From assembly GCF_037042905.1 (NCBI RefSeq), contig NC_087251.1, positions 45,386,001 through 45,450,000 of the forward strand: a stretch of DNA of 64,000 nucleotides. Direction: 5' to 3'. Origin of the DNA: Lytechinus pictus (lineage: Eukaryota). Shown here in pieces: positions 12,026 through 25,060 of the stretch. A program made the position numbers and the translations under genes. Each line of letters opens with the position of its first letter. Positions within the stretch are counted from its first letter, which is position 1. The notes under the pieces are model-generated. The model was given only the letters and a program-made list of their open reading frames with translations, was not told the DNA's origin and ran no database searches.

Positions 12026-14095
12026 CTGATAACATCAAGATAAAAACAAAAACAAAAACAACATTGAAAGCAGAGAAAAGTATAATTAAACTATTAGAAC
12101 TTACCACTCACTACCACATCCTAGAACATAACATCCCTATTGTGAAAGAGGATGGTAGTCAATACAGGATATATGGTTTGAGTAATTAAAGAAAGTATTA
12201 CTGCAGCTCATCATGAATGAGGTCGAGGGGGAATACTATTTTATTTGTACAAGAGAAAGAATCTCGTATAATTCCAGACAGCAAAGATCCATGAGATGAT
12301 ATTTTGTGAGATAAGAAAATGAATTCATGCATGTTGTTTAATGGATCTTTACTAAAACTTATCTGGATAAATGTATTTCATGGGAGTTTGTCTGCAATCA
12401 AAATGCACATGCTGCTTCATGAGATAACTACACTCTAACTTTGAAGGATTGAAAATAAATCCAGACTGGCTGTGAACAGTGAGTGATCAGCACAATATAA
12501 GATTGAGATAAAGTGCATTTTTATTCAACGTTTAAAGATTTGAAATTCAATCTTATGAGATTTCAAAATAATTCATTAGGATTCATAATACCCCCCCCCC
12601 CATTTTGTGGGTGTGTGCGGGGGGGGGGGGGTCTGAAATGTAGTTGCACTTGAGAATACTTCACTAGATTACCAATTCTAATATTTTTATTGACAATACA
12701 ATATTCCCTACTTCATGAAATGCACTAGAATAATCAAGAAGAGTGAAACATCAAGAACATATATTCAATTGACAGTATTTCAAATATATATCTAATAATA
12801 TATCTAATAATATATAATATGCACTATGGATACCATGATATTGCCCTTTTCTTCATTATTAGCTGGTCGTAATGGCTGATATACCATTTGAAGGTGACAG
12901 ATAAAGTCAAAGTTGAAGCACTGAGATCTAGTGACTGACAATCTACCAATAATGATTAATATTTCAGTACCACTTCAGACAATCCGGAGTCATCAGACTA
13001 ATATCCATGCATTGCTATGGTAACTCTTGATCAATAATCTTTTTTTTTCTCTAGCTATGTATAATGGATAGCAAATAAAAAGAAATCTTAAAAGATATAG
13101 AGTTCCCACAGGCAGATATGTTGGAGGGCAAACAATGCTATGGTAACTCTTGGTCAGTCGATAATTAATTTTTAGCGATATCACAATGGATAATATAAAA
13201 TGAAATCCTAAGACACAAATGAAATAAAAATAGCCTATAAGTCCTTTTCTTGTAAGTATTCATTGTCATAATTGTTGTTATAAAATATTATGAAAACCAG
13301 ATTGGGTTATACAAAGACGTACAACAAAGTATAAAACTGTACAATGATTAAAAGCAGCTAGAATCAATAGCCTTTTAAATTAAAAAATCCAGACGATTTT
13401 CAAATATTTATCAATACTTTAAAGAAATATGATATATCACAGTATATGATTTCAAAATACAAATTTGCATGTTATTGTTAGCAATCACAGTAGAAGCCTA
13501 TTCCTTTAATTCTAATTAAAACTGATACTTTATTGCCCCTGAAGACAAGCAAATCACTTGATCAGGTTATGTGGTAATCCATTATCTTCATGATATGGAA
13601 ACAAATCGGCATGCATATCCTAAGTGTTTGGCCAGTGAAGCCAAGCCAAGGTGGAGATAATAAGGTCAGATTTCCAACGCATGCCTGAGATACATGTAGA
13701 TGATAAAGAGAGAGAGAGAGGAGCGGACTTGGAGAAGGCGAAGAGTGCCGTGATTTTGATCTGATCGGAAAGGATGCGTTCAACACCCGTGTGTACAGTA
13801 CAAGCTGATGGTTTCTTTAGCCAGTAGACGAGGTTGGGTTGTCGGTTGTGGCCCTCACTATTGTCTCTGGTTTTATCTGTGCAAGAGGTGAAGACTTCGT
13901 TCTCAGTGAGCAGGGCTAAACAAAGATTAATTAACTAATCCCCACATCAAGATTGCTGTCATGATCATTGTGTATCTTTCTATCCCCTATAAGTAATCTT
14001 TTATTATATCATAATCGTGTTCAAAGGATTACAAGCATGAACTATCATACTCATATACATGTATTACATTTGTATTTCACATCTAGTTAGCTTAA

Positions 14096-14488
14096 AGCTA
14101 AATTACAGTAGTTGCAGTAAAACACTTATTTCGTGAGAAAGTCTGTAAAACCAAGGTTAAGTATGACTATATCATCGTGGATCTAGATCTGGTACAGTTA
14201 CATAAACTGAACTTTGTGAAATCATAAAATCTAAGCTGAAATACGATCACACTGAAGATCGCCAACACAGATAGGCACACGTGGGACAGTGTATTATTAT
14301 TGCAGGAATAAAGACCCGACGGAAGTGACCAATCCGCGCTTATTTTGCTTATTTCTCAGCAATTACACAATTTCTTCCAGAATCCTTTGGCACATATTTT
14401 TTATTCATACAAACAGACACATGGGGGTCATTATATTAGATTCTGTAAAAAGTCATTTTGAGATCGTTACCAGAACTGGAATTTACCT
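14096..14488. mobile_element. TTAA-flanked Kolobok-like MITE, separate family
   Basis: TTAA|AGCTAAATTACAGT...ACTGGAATTTACCT|TTAA. Confidence 0.7.
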
Positions 14489-14956
14489 TTAATTGGTTTG
14501 ACACAATAGAGAGTCTTCGCTTGCGACACACGGCGGATTCAAGAACATAGAAAATGCTTTGTCGATTGCCTTACACCCAAAGAACAGCCAAGAAGTCTTT
14601 GTTGAAAATTGGGGAATCAAAACAGCAGTTTTGTCCTGGACCCTGGACAAAATTGAAATATTTGAATTTTGAAATTTTTCATCACCAATTTTAGAAAAAG
14701 ACCTCCCAGCTGTTCTCTGCCATTTGACAGGCATTTTCAATACATTTACTGTGTACTTGAATCCGTCTTGTGTCAAAGAGCAAAAAACTTCTTATTATCA
14801 AGCATGTCAAAACAAATCTAAATGTCCACAACAGCAGATCCCCACCCCTTAAAAAAATCTACAACATCCTGTTTGCCCATTCAATGCACATAATATAAAG
14901 ATATGTTTTACTCCCCTTTAACTGTATAATCATGACCACAGCTCTATAAAGGTTAA

Positions 14957-15558
14957 AGGACAAGTCCACTCCAACAAATAGTTGATTTGAATAAAAAGAG
15001 AAAAATCCAACAAGAACAACACTGAAAATTTCATCAAAATCGGATGTAAAATAAGAAAGTTATGACATTTTAAAGTTTTGCTTCATTTCACAAAAACAGT
15101 TATATGCACATCCTAGTCAGTATGCAAATGAGGGGACTGATGACGTCATCCACTCACTATTTCTTTTGTATTTTATAATAAGAAATATGAAATATTCTAA
15201 TTTTCTCCTCGTTGTCAAGTGAAACAATGATTAATTTCTCCCTGAACATGTGGAATAAGCATTGTGTGATTATATGGTTCAGTCAAGTTGGTCCTTATCG
15301 TCAAATATGTAAAAAATGAAATATTGTATAATTCAAACAATAAAAAACAAAAGAAATAGTGAGTGAAGGAGATCATTGATGTTCTCATTTGCATGTCACT
15401 GAATTGTACATATCACTGTTTTGTGAAAAATATGTGAAACTTTAAAATGTCATAACTTTCTTATTTTACATCCAATTTTGATGAACTTTTCAGCGTTATG
15501 CTAGTTTGATTTTTCTCCATTTACTCAAATCAACATTTTTCTGGGGTGGACTTGTCCT
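14957..15558 (+). mobile_element. Kolobok-like MITE
   Basis: TTAA on both sides, AGG...CCT termini, inverted arms over 100 bp. Confidence 0.9.
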
Positions 15559-15914
15559 TTAAGTTCACTTTAACTACGTGAACATGCATGTATCAAAATG
15601 AAAATAATTGGATGAAAAAGACAGTGAATCCTTCCATCAAATAGACACAATAACTCTCATGCTAAGCATAACATGTGAGCCTGTCATCAGCTTCCTTTCA
15701 ACTTTTGTAGTAAATGTTATAAAACTGCTCTAACCATGGAGCTAACCCATGCTTTAACAACCAGCCTTGCCTATGAAACAATACGTTCTGCATTTCATTA
15801 TGAGGAAAACATACATGTACATGGGAGCAGACATGCAGATGGAACTTGCAATACAAAAAGGAATGAACGCATTTCCACAAGGAATAAAGCAAGTTTAATG
15901 TTTCCAGCACTGTG

Positions 15915-16077
15915 CTTTCAAGGAATTATGCTGGGCAGCTATTCCTTTCTCCTGCGTTGAGTGCAGCACAATGTGGATCAATTTCCTGGTGAAGGACATT
16001 GTGCCATGGCTGGCATTTGAACCCATGACCCCCTGTTCACAAGACCAGAGACTAATCCACTGGACCACAACATTCCA
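15915..16077 (-). mobile_element. Degraded SINE, family A
   Basis: Similar to the head and core of 901-1197. Confidence 0.7.
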
Positions 16078-16092
16078 ACTTCAGCTCATTAA

Positions 16093-16835
16093 CCCTTTAG
16101 CACCTACAGATTCTTATGCATAATGGCAATTACTCACTGGAGGAAACAATAAAACTGGAAATAAGTAGGCATTGTTCCAAACAAATTGAAATAGTTTTTT
16201 ATAAATTTACTTTTGTTCATTACAAGTTATATTTATTTTGTAGCATAGGACCTGTTGAATAGAATGGTACATGGCAAAGTTCAATCAGATGTACGAATAT
16301 TGACCTTTGACAATCGTTTGCAGAGCGAGAAGAAAAAAAAAAAAAAGTTCGGGTTTCAGCCGCCCCAGTCCCACGCCTTCAAAAAAATGTAAAGTATCAC
16401 TGACAGAATACTTAAGTTTTCGCCAAATCTTGGATCAAATATGTCAAAAATTAATTCCAACTCACATCTAGATGTCACTCTGTGTGATATCCAACGTTTT
16501 GATGAACATATAGCAACGCCCGAGCTTCTTCGGCGAAGTAAGTGGTTTTCCGAGACATGGACGCAGCCATCTTTGCTGAGATCGACTGCGCAACAGTCTG
16601 GAACTTGCTACACACCGATGCATGTCAATCGGTTTTTCTCTATTATACTCAATAGGAGCATACACTTTTCTATGCAGATCTATGTAGCAGCCAACCTATG
16701 CGGTATGCACACGCAATATTACCACGGTAAATCATAGACAAGAGATACTATAGCGCGAAGAAAACGTACGGGCGGTTAAAGGCGGTTCAGTGTGAAATAG
16801 GAAGGGCGGTCTCGGGCGGTTCAGGTGCTAAAGGG
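16093..16835. mobile_element. piggyBac-like MITE
   Basis: TTAA|CCCTTTAGCACCT...AGGTGCTAAAGGG|TTAA, perfect 13-bp TIR. Confidence 0.88.
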
Positions 16836-17182
16836 TTAATTAGCATCAACTGATGTCAGTATCAGAATTGCAAAGTGCTTTGACTAAATAAATCATTTAT
16901 ATCCCACTAGGCTAATTGTAATAAATTTCCAGTCATTGAATTTTGCTAAATTTTCATTTTAATAATTTGACATGGTATAATTTTCCAGGAATTTGCAGCT
17001 TCACATCAACCGGACTGATTCTTCACACTCAACTACCATCTCTATGGATACCATGATATCATATAGGGCTTGATGAAGCAGTATATTCTGATTGGTCTTT
17101 TTCAATACAACCACTTTGTCTACTACACATTTGGTCTTATCGCAGATGATATAATGAGTCTAATCTCATTTTGTCTACTTAC

Positions 17183-17766
17183 AGGACAAGTCCACCCCAA
17201 CAAAAAGTTTATTTGAATAAAAAGAGAAAAATCCAACAAGCATAACGCTGAAAATTTCATCAAAATCGGATGTAAAATAAGAAAGTTATGACATTTTAAA
17301 GTTTTGCTTAATTTCACAAAAACAGTTATTTGCACATCCTGGTGGGTATGCAAATGAGGAGACTGATGACATCATCCACTCACTATTCATTTTGTAGTTT
17401 ATTATATGAAATAGCGAATATTCTATTTTTCTCCTTATTGTCAAGTGAAACAGCAATTAATTCCTCCCTGAACATATGGAATGAACATTGTTTTATACTA
17501 TATGATTCAGTCAAGTTGGTCCTTATTGTCAAATCTATAAAAAATGAAATATTGTATAATTCAAACAATAAAAACAAAAGAAATAGTGAGTGAGGGACAT
17601 CATCGACTTTCTCATTCGAGTTGTGCATATCACTGTTTTGTAAAAAATAAGCAAAACTTTAAAGTGTCATAACTTTCTTATTTTACATCCGATTTAGATG
17701 AAATTTTCAGCGTTTTGGTAGTTTGATTTTATTCAAATTAACATTTTTCTGGGGTGGACTTGACCT
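17183..17766 (+). mobile_element. Kolobok-like MITE
   Basis: Same TIRs; TTAA on the right. Confidence 0.88.
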
Positions 17767-17771
17767 TTAAT

Positions 17772-18020
17772 AGACAAGTCTGTCTAATAGTGTTTTTGGT
17801 CTAACTGCCACTTAGTCTAATTACCAGTTTGTCTAATTCCAATTTAGGCTACAGGCCTACCTATTTAGTCTGATACCACTTCGTCTTTTTAAGATGAACT
17901 GGTTATAAACAAACTCTTCATTTGACAAAGTAAAAACAAGCAGATGAAGTGGACATTAGACCAAGTGTAGAATAGACCAAACAGCAATAAGACCAGGTTG
18001 AAAGTAGAGCAAATGGGTTT
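17772..18020. repeat. Foldback-like relic with inverted arrays of ~15-bp units
   Basis: GTCTAA-type units on the left and TAGACCAA-type units on the right. Confidence 0.55.
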
Positions 18021-18053
18021 AACACCTATAGACCCAAGTTTTCTGTTCTCTAA

Positions 18054-18444
18054 TACCCCTTTCATAAACCCAATAAAACACAATTATGCGGCTAATAGCA
18101 GCATAATTTGGTCGTAAAATCAGAGGAGGACAAGAGTTATCCGCATTATTCTGATGCTGCTATTATCCGCATAATAGCGGCATCGGGACAAGATTTTGAG
18201 TTTATGAACGTATTTCCAAATAATGCGGATAATTGCCATGGTGCGGTCACAAGGTCACCCTTTTCCAACACAACCGCATTGGAGGGGGCGTGTCCAGTTG
18301 TCATGACGATTATCCGCCTTTTTCAGGACGGGCGCTCGTAAAAATAATTTACGGAGTTTGTGAACGCAATTTTTATTGAATTATCCGCATTACTCTTAGG
18401 CGGCTAATTGGAGGATATGTTTTATTGGGTTTATGAAAGGGGTA
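18054..18444 (+). mobile_element. PIF/Harbinger MITE, same family
   Basis: TAA TSD. Confidence 0.9.
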
Positions 18445-18949
18445 TAAAGTGCCAAATTCAGTGTTCTAAAACATCAAATTCTGTGTTCTTTGGTGACTAA
18501 ACATACGATATTGTACATAGAGAAAATGTTAGAATATTTCCAATGGAGGTAAAATTTGGCAAAGATGCTCTACACTGTGAATAGGTATGATGGCCAAATA
18601 TGTTTCCAGAATTCTGTGATTTATTTTTGTTGTTTTCCTTATGGAGCAGGGGGACTATAGTTTAACCCATGTTGTCATAGCCCAACTGCAGTAAATATAA
18701 ACCAATGAAACATGACTCTGGTGTGTCCTCAGATGCCCTCTTGATCCTGTCATTGTTTGCACAAAGCGTAGAGTTGTTCATTCATGTAATACAGCTCTCC
18801 TGTCATCTCGAACTCGGGAGCGAAAGGAGCAAGCGCTGAGGGGCAAATCTTCCTGTACAGTCAGTCAGCAGGAGTAGGAGTGGGAGTGATTAAGAGATTG
18901 TTTATCTTGGCTTTCTGTGGGATCCATTCAAGACAGTCACAACCAGATA

Positions 18950-19441
18950 AGGGGGCTTCAGACCGCCCTTGAAGTCCTACAGTTCCAGGTATTTTCTGAT
19001 CGGGAAATTTGCCCTGATCTACCCCGATCAGGTAATTTTGGAAGTGCGAAAGCAAATTACGGGCAATATCTCCGAAAGAAAATACCCACTATTGTTAGTA
19101 GGTAGTCACTAGGTACTTGTCATAATTACGAGAACTTTCGCAGGGAAGTTTTCCAAGGTGGCAGGTATTTTGGCAGTTTGAAGGCAAATTACCGGAACTT
19201 TCTTATAGCCCAGCGTGTAGTTGCGCGTGGGCGCCGTGTGTGGCTGCTGAGCTAGCGATTTTGAACCTCGCGCCTTGCTTGCTTATCAGACCATACTGCG
19301 CTAGCTTGTAACTTTAGGAACTTATCCCGAACAGTATGTTTCGAGACGGTGTGAATGCAACAAATATTGGGTATTTTGAGCCTGAAAAGTTTCTTGTAAA
19401 TTAACGGGGATTCTTGAGATCGAGGCGGTTTGAAACCACCT
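18950..19441 (-). mobile_element. Same ~475-bp MITE family, diverged copy
   Basis: Reverse complement of 3149-3624. Confidence 0.85.
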
Positions 19442-19813
19442 ATTGAGAGAGAGTGAATGCATCATTTGATGTTCTTCACATACAACATGACAGCTTGAGT
19501 AAATGACCAAACATTCGGGAATTCATTGGCATTAACCCAAGGATGAGCAACATTAGAAGATGATAATCATGATATAATAATAATGAATGACATTTGTAGG
19601 GTGCCTTATATGGTTATTTCAAACCTGTAATAGTACTGACTATTTAAACTATTAAAAGCAACAGGTCTATTTAGAATAAAAAAGGGGTGTGCCTCCATCA
19701 AACTAAACAGTTTAATAGAGAGGTGAGTTATAAGCAGTGATTTAAATTATCCAATTAATGGAGTACCTATCCATAGTAAAACGTTTTCATCTGACTGGAT
19801 CATACCATACTTA

Positions 19814-20193
19814 TACCCCTTTCATAAACCCAATTATGCGGCTAATAGCAGCATAATTTGGTCGTTAAATCGGAGGAGGACCAGAGTTATCCGCATTATT
19901 TTGATGCTGCAATTATCCGCATAATAGCGGCATCGGGACCAGATTTTGACTTTATGAACGCATTTCCAAATAATGCGGATAATTGCCATGGTGCGGTCAC
20001 AAGGTCACCCTTTTCCCACACAACCGCATCGGAGGGGGCGTGTGCAGTTGTCATGACGATTATCCGCCTTTTTCAGGACGGGCGCTCGTAAAAATAGTGC
20101 GGATTATTTTCGGAGTTTGTGAACGCAATTTTTATTGAATTATCCGCATTACTCTTAGGCGGCTAATTGGAGGATGGGTTTCAAAAAGGGGTA
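19814..20193 (+). mobile_element. PIF/Harbinger MITE, same family
   Basis: TTA TSD. Confidence 0.88.
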
Positions 20194-20419
20194 TTAAGTG
20201 TTTCAAGAAGAACTCACCAGAACAATGTTTGGAAATCTACAAAATATTTACCAGTTTATCCCACTTGAGTGTTTCATGATCATGAGAGTGTCTAGTCCGA
20301 AGGAGTAACTCACTAATGATTTACGCATACCACTGATGCACAAAGGCATGGCTAAAAAAAGTTAAAACACAAAGCTACTAGCACTGAAAAACACAAGGAG
20401 TCATTAAATGAGTAACTGT

Positions 20420-20635
20420 TTATAATTATATACCGAGGTTTTTTACCTGACTGCTAAGAAAGCATGAATGCCTGTGAGCAAGCAACCAGGGGACCAACGG
20501 CTTAAGGTCTTCTCCAAGGGACCTGGTAATGAGGATAAATGCCTTACCAAAGGGCACTTGCGCACCACTTGGGGAATCGAACCCGGGTCACCGGAATCCG
20601 AAACCCCACTCTACCGACTGAGCTATCGCGCCTCC
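20420..20635 (-). mobile_element. tRNA-derived SINE, family B
   Basis: Minus-strand head GGAGGCGCGATAGCTCAGTCGGTAGAG...GGTTCGATTCCC followed by a non-tRNA body. Confidence 0.78.
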
Positions 20636-22033
20636 ATCATTAGTCATGATGCTACCCTAAACAGCTCATATCACACATACGACGATGCGAACCCATTTCA
20701 GAGAAAATCGACTTCAAAGTTTACTATTACACACTATATTCACACTTAGTTCCCCAGCCTTACAACATATTCATTGCTAGACAAATACATGGTTGGAAAG
20801 ACCAAGACAATTGCTTGACAATGGTATCTTTATTTTTATTTTATTAAACAAAAACAAGGATCAGAGAAAATATAACATAAGAGCTACATGCTTGTAATAA
20901 TGGTTTGAGCGGTTTATATTTTCCCTGTACAAAAACGCCATAGGGGATACAACAACCCTGACTGCGATTTCAGTGCGTGCGTTCCGTCAAAACGTTGTCT
21001 CGCATTTTCACTTGTAAAGTCGATGCAGTGCTGATATGACAGTTTGGCAGACCTCGCATTTGCATATTAAGTGCGTGCAGCAATTGTTTGCTTTACTACA
21101 GTACACGTTTCCAATGGGATAGGCGCATTTTATGAATAATTTATATGGCATCGCCGTGGAAATCCCCTCATATCTCAGAAACTAAAATGAATTGCTGCCT
21201 AGAAATTCAGTTATGAACAGAATAGGAATTGTACTTTCATTTTCTGCAAAAATCTCAAAATTGATTTTTTTTTTTTAAATAAAAATTTACACGATGGTTC
21301 GGATGAACGCCGACGATTTAAGGCAGTTACACACTTTAAAAGAGCTACATGTATATGTAGGATCATTTATGGCATGATCCATGATCAGATTTTTCTCTTA
21401 TGAAAAGAAATTTCAAAATTCCCTTTTGGGAGCTTATACAGGACATTTCTTGGAATGGCAATTCATCGTCAGAAAGATCATGTCTTCCATTAATGGCTTT
21501 CTTCTCTTCTCAATATTCACTGTAATATTACCAGGTTTAAATGGTCTAAGTACTGTTATTTTCAATCACTATTGTTGTAGGCCAACATCTATGCTTTGAA
21601 GAAATAATTATTAATATAAATTATAGAAATGGTAACTGCAATGTATTATCCTTATCCACATAATAATGATACACAAGACTCAAAATTGGTCAATGAGACT
21701 GAAGTAGTATAGTGTGATGTGTCTCAAATATTTCAATTAAGAAAAAAAAAAACCAGAGCCTGACCTTGTGAGAAGCACTGGCAAGCACCGGAAACCACAA
21801 AATCAAAGTCAATTCCTCCTTTTAACATGATACTGTATACACAGACCAGAATGGAATAGTGTACATACATGTACATGAACAGTATAGTTCATATGGACGC
21901 ACATGTGAGTTGTTCTTCTGACATTATTTTGTTCAAGCAGGGATATGGTAGTAGTAGTACACTCAAAATAATTTGAACAATCCTCTATAAGTCGGTACAA
22001 TATACATATTATAGGCCTACACAAAACACATAA

Positions 22034-22501
22034 GGGCTATTCCACGGTTACTCCACGGTTACTCACGTTACATTTGGAGACACCTTGACTCATACTTGGA
22101 GCTGTAACTCCATTATTATTGATAGGAACTAAACATCTCTTTATCACAACATAGTACGCAGTCTGACTATCCTTTGTATAAAAACAAAACTTGGGAAATT
22201 TCATTATGCTCCTGGCAAATCTTTGAAATGTGTCGGTTACTCATGTTACATGATTTGGACATGCATAAAATGAAAAGTGGACATAAGTGAAAAGTGTCCT
22301 CATGCAAGGCTTTTATGAAAGTTGATTATATCCATTTCAAAGAAATATATTATGGAGACAAATTTGTATATAATTAAAAAAATAAAGAACACATTGTCTT
22401 TACAAGGGGTGCAGATAAAGTGCTTACTCACGTTACGGCTCAGATGGGCTACATGTACAAAGACACATTGAGCTCATGTCCACCAACCTATGGAATTGCC
22501 C
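22034..22501. mobile_element. Sola2-like MITE
   Basis: ATAA|GGGCTATTCCA...TGGAATTGCCC|ATAA; internal GGTTACTCACGTTAC repeats. Confidence 0.75.
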
Positions 22502-23068
22502 ATAAGGCAAAAAGGGTGGAAAAGGGCCAAGGAGTCCCTCCCTCTGACCTTCAAAGGAAGATTTTACCCCTTTCCACCCTTTAACTTTTAGAGTGTATTA
22601 TATTTAGTGTTGAAATATCTACAACAATCACTAAACCTAAGAAGTTAAATAAACATTCCAATAAAATTTACTTAATTGAATCATATCTTTAATAACTTAA
22701 GATGGGCTTTAAAGGAAAACGTATATATGCATTCCCCAATAAATTTACATAATTTACCAAATACCAAATAAAGCTGTCAAAGGTAGTAACAGAAGATCGT
22801 CAATAATCAATTACCCACATGATGATCGAATATTACATTCATTACTACAAGGGCTGGATCATCAGCTGGCTCTATTGTTATAGAAACCAATCATTGATTG
22901 GCACAGCTATTAAGCAGCAGCCATTAACCAACATCAAAGTGCAGTGACGTGAATAATAATACACCATTCAATCATCTCAGGAGCTACCTACCCAGCCTGA
23001 TGCCTGGTGAACTATTGGTCCATTCCACATTAAAGAATCGAGTATTACACAACATAAAACATGTACAT

Positions 23069-23269
23069 CAGTGGCGAAATTTGCCAAAAATTTTGAGGGG
23101 GCCAGTCGGCCAGATATTATGGCGTACCTGGCAAAATTTATAAAAATGTATTGAAAAGAAATCAAATTTTGTGATACATTTTGACATAATATTCAGAAAA
23201 TACACCATATTTTCCCCTTTTCTCTTTTTTTTTCTTGGTCGTGAAAGCCCCCCCCCCCGTACACCACTG
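23069..23269. mobile_element. hAT-like MITE
   Basis: CAGTGG...CCACTG ends; flanks ATGTACAT and ATGTACTT (7/8). Confidence 0.7.
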
Positions 23270-24585
23270 ATGTACTTTTTAATGGTTTCTGAGTACTTAA
23301 TAAGTACTTGTATCATCACATTTGCAGTATCATCAGTTCCGTGAAATTCAATTCAAATACTTAAACTCACTAGAATAGCGTTTAAACAGTTGTCTCTATG
23401 TATTATTTTCTGTCTGCTATCATGAAAACGATGAGGATATGTACCATAAAAAGCACAAACAGCAAACACATGAATTCTACAATTGAAACTACATGTAGCT
23501 TTGTTGCATTACTTCACTTTCTGTTTTGTTTGGGAGATTTTATGAACATTCCTAAATTTCCTTTGTTAATTTTAGCTTTTTTTCTCTCCCAAAAAACTTG
23601 TAAAAATGGTTCACCTGGAAAGCTACAATGTCATTCTAATAAATAAGCATTAAGATACATAACAATGTAATGGTTATGTAAAAATATGTGTACCGCTAGT
23701 CAAGAAGGAAATTCATAGAACTGACAAAATTGTGTTTAATCAAAATTCCAAAAAAAAAAAACTTTTGTAATTTCATTTTTTTTTACAACAGGTGAGGTTA
23801 CATCGTGTCTGCAGGGATATACAAGAAATCAAATTAATTAATTATACTAATATGCATCTACGCTACACAGCTTTTTGTTCTCGCCACAATGTGATTGGTT
23901 AACGACCTACAAGTACTGTGATTCAAGGTCAGGCAAGCACATCATAGATCATACACCATAATCCGTTTTCAGAGCAAAATGAATATCATCATGAAAACGA
24001 AAATCAAACACAGTACTGACTGGAAAGTCTGTGTGATCTAAAGTCACTTACTATCTATTACAAAGAGGGAAGAACAAAATGAAAATTACCATGAAACTGA
24101 TTTAGAATATTACACCAATGGGAAAGTCTTCATGATCTCTATCGACTTTAAATATCATAGACCATACTCAGTTGTCAGAGGAAAATAAAAACTATAATGA
24201 AACTGATTAAATGTACAATACTAAACCAAATTTAAGTCACTTTATAGATCAGACCACACTCTGTTTGCAGAACAAAATCAATATTATCATGAAATTGCTA
24301 CAAAGTTTGTGATCTTTATTAACTGTATGGATCGTAGATACTCAGTTTTTTGAGCAAAAATGAATAAGCATGTTTGAGTGTTTTGATTGTATCATTTGCT
24401 AGACTAATGCCTCTCTTTCTTCAATTCAAATCAGCTCAATATTGAAAAACTGTTCTGGGCTCATTGGATCTCATCGGGTTTTCAATTCATGTGATTCATG
24501 ACACATATCATGTGATCAATAGCAGCAGCTGCGCTCACAGTGGCCCATTCATTCCCTGACTGACGGCCGAACCTTATACCACAGT

Positions 24586-25060
24586 AGGTGGTTTCAGACC
24601 GCCTCGAAGTTCGTCAGTTCCAGGTATTCTCTGATCGGGAAATTTACCCCGATCAGAAAATACCAGGTATTTTGGTAATGTGAAAGCAAACTACGCGTAA
24701 TTTCCCCGAAAGAAAATACCCGCTAAATAGTAGGTACTTGGCGAAATTACGAGAACTTTCGCGGGGATTTTTCCAAGGTCGCAGGTATTTTGGCAATGTG
24801 AAAGCAATTTACGGGAACTTTTAGCCCAGCGTGTCGTTGGGCGCGGGCGCCGTGGCTGGCTGCTGGGCTAGTGGTTTTGAATCTCGCGCCTTGCCTGCTT
24901 ATTAGACCATACTGCTCATGCTCCTAACTTCAGGAATTTATCCCGAAGGATATGTTTCGGGGCAGTGTGAATGCAGGAATAATTAATGGGTATTTTTTAG
25001 CCTAAAATGTTCTCGTAATTTAACGGGGATTCTTGTGATCGAGGCGGTTTGAAACCACCT
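24586..25060 (-). mobile_element. Same ~475-bp MITE family
   Basis: AGT duplication on both sides; AGGTGGTTTCA TIR. Confidence 0.9.
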
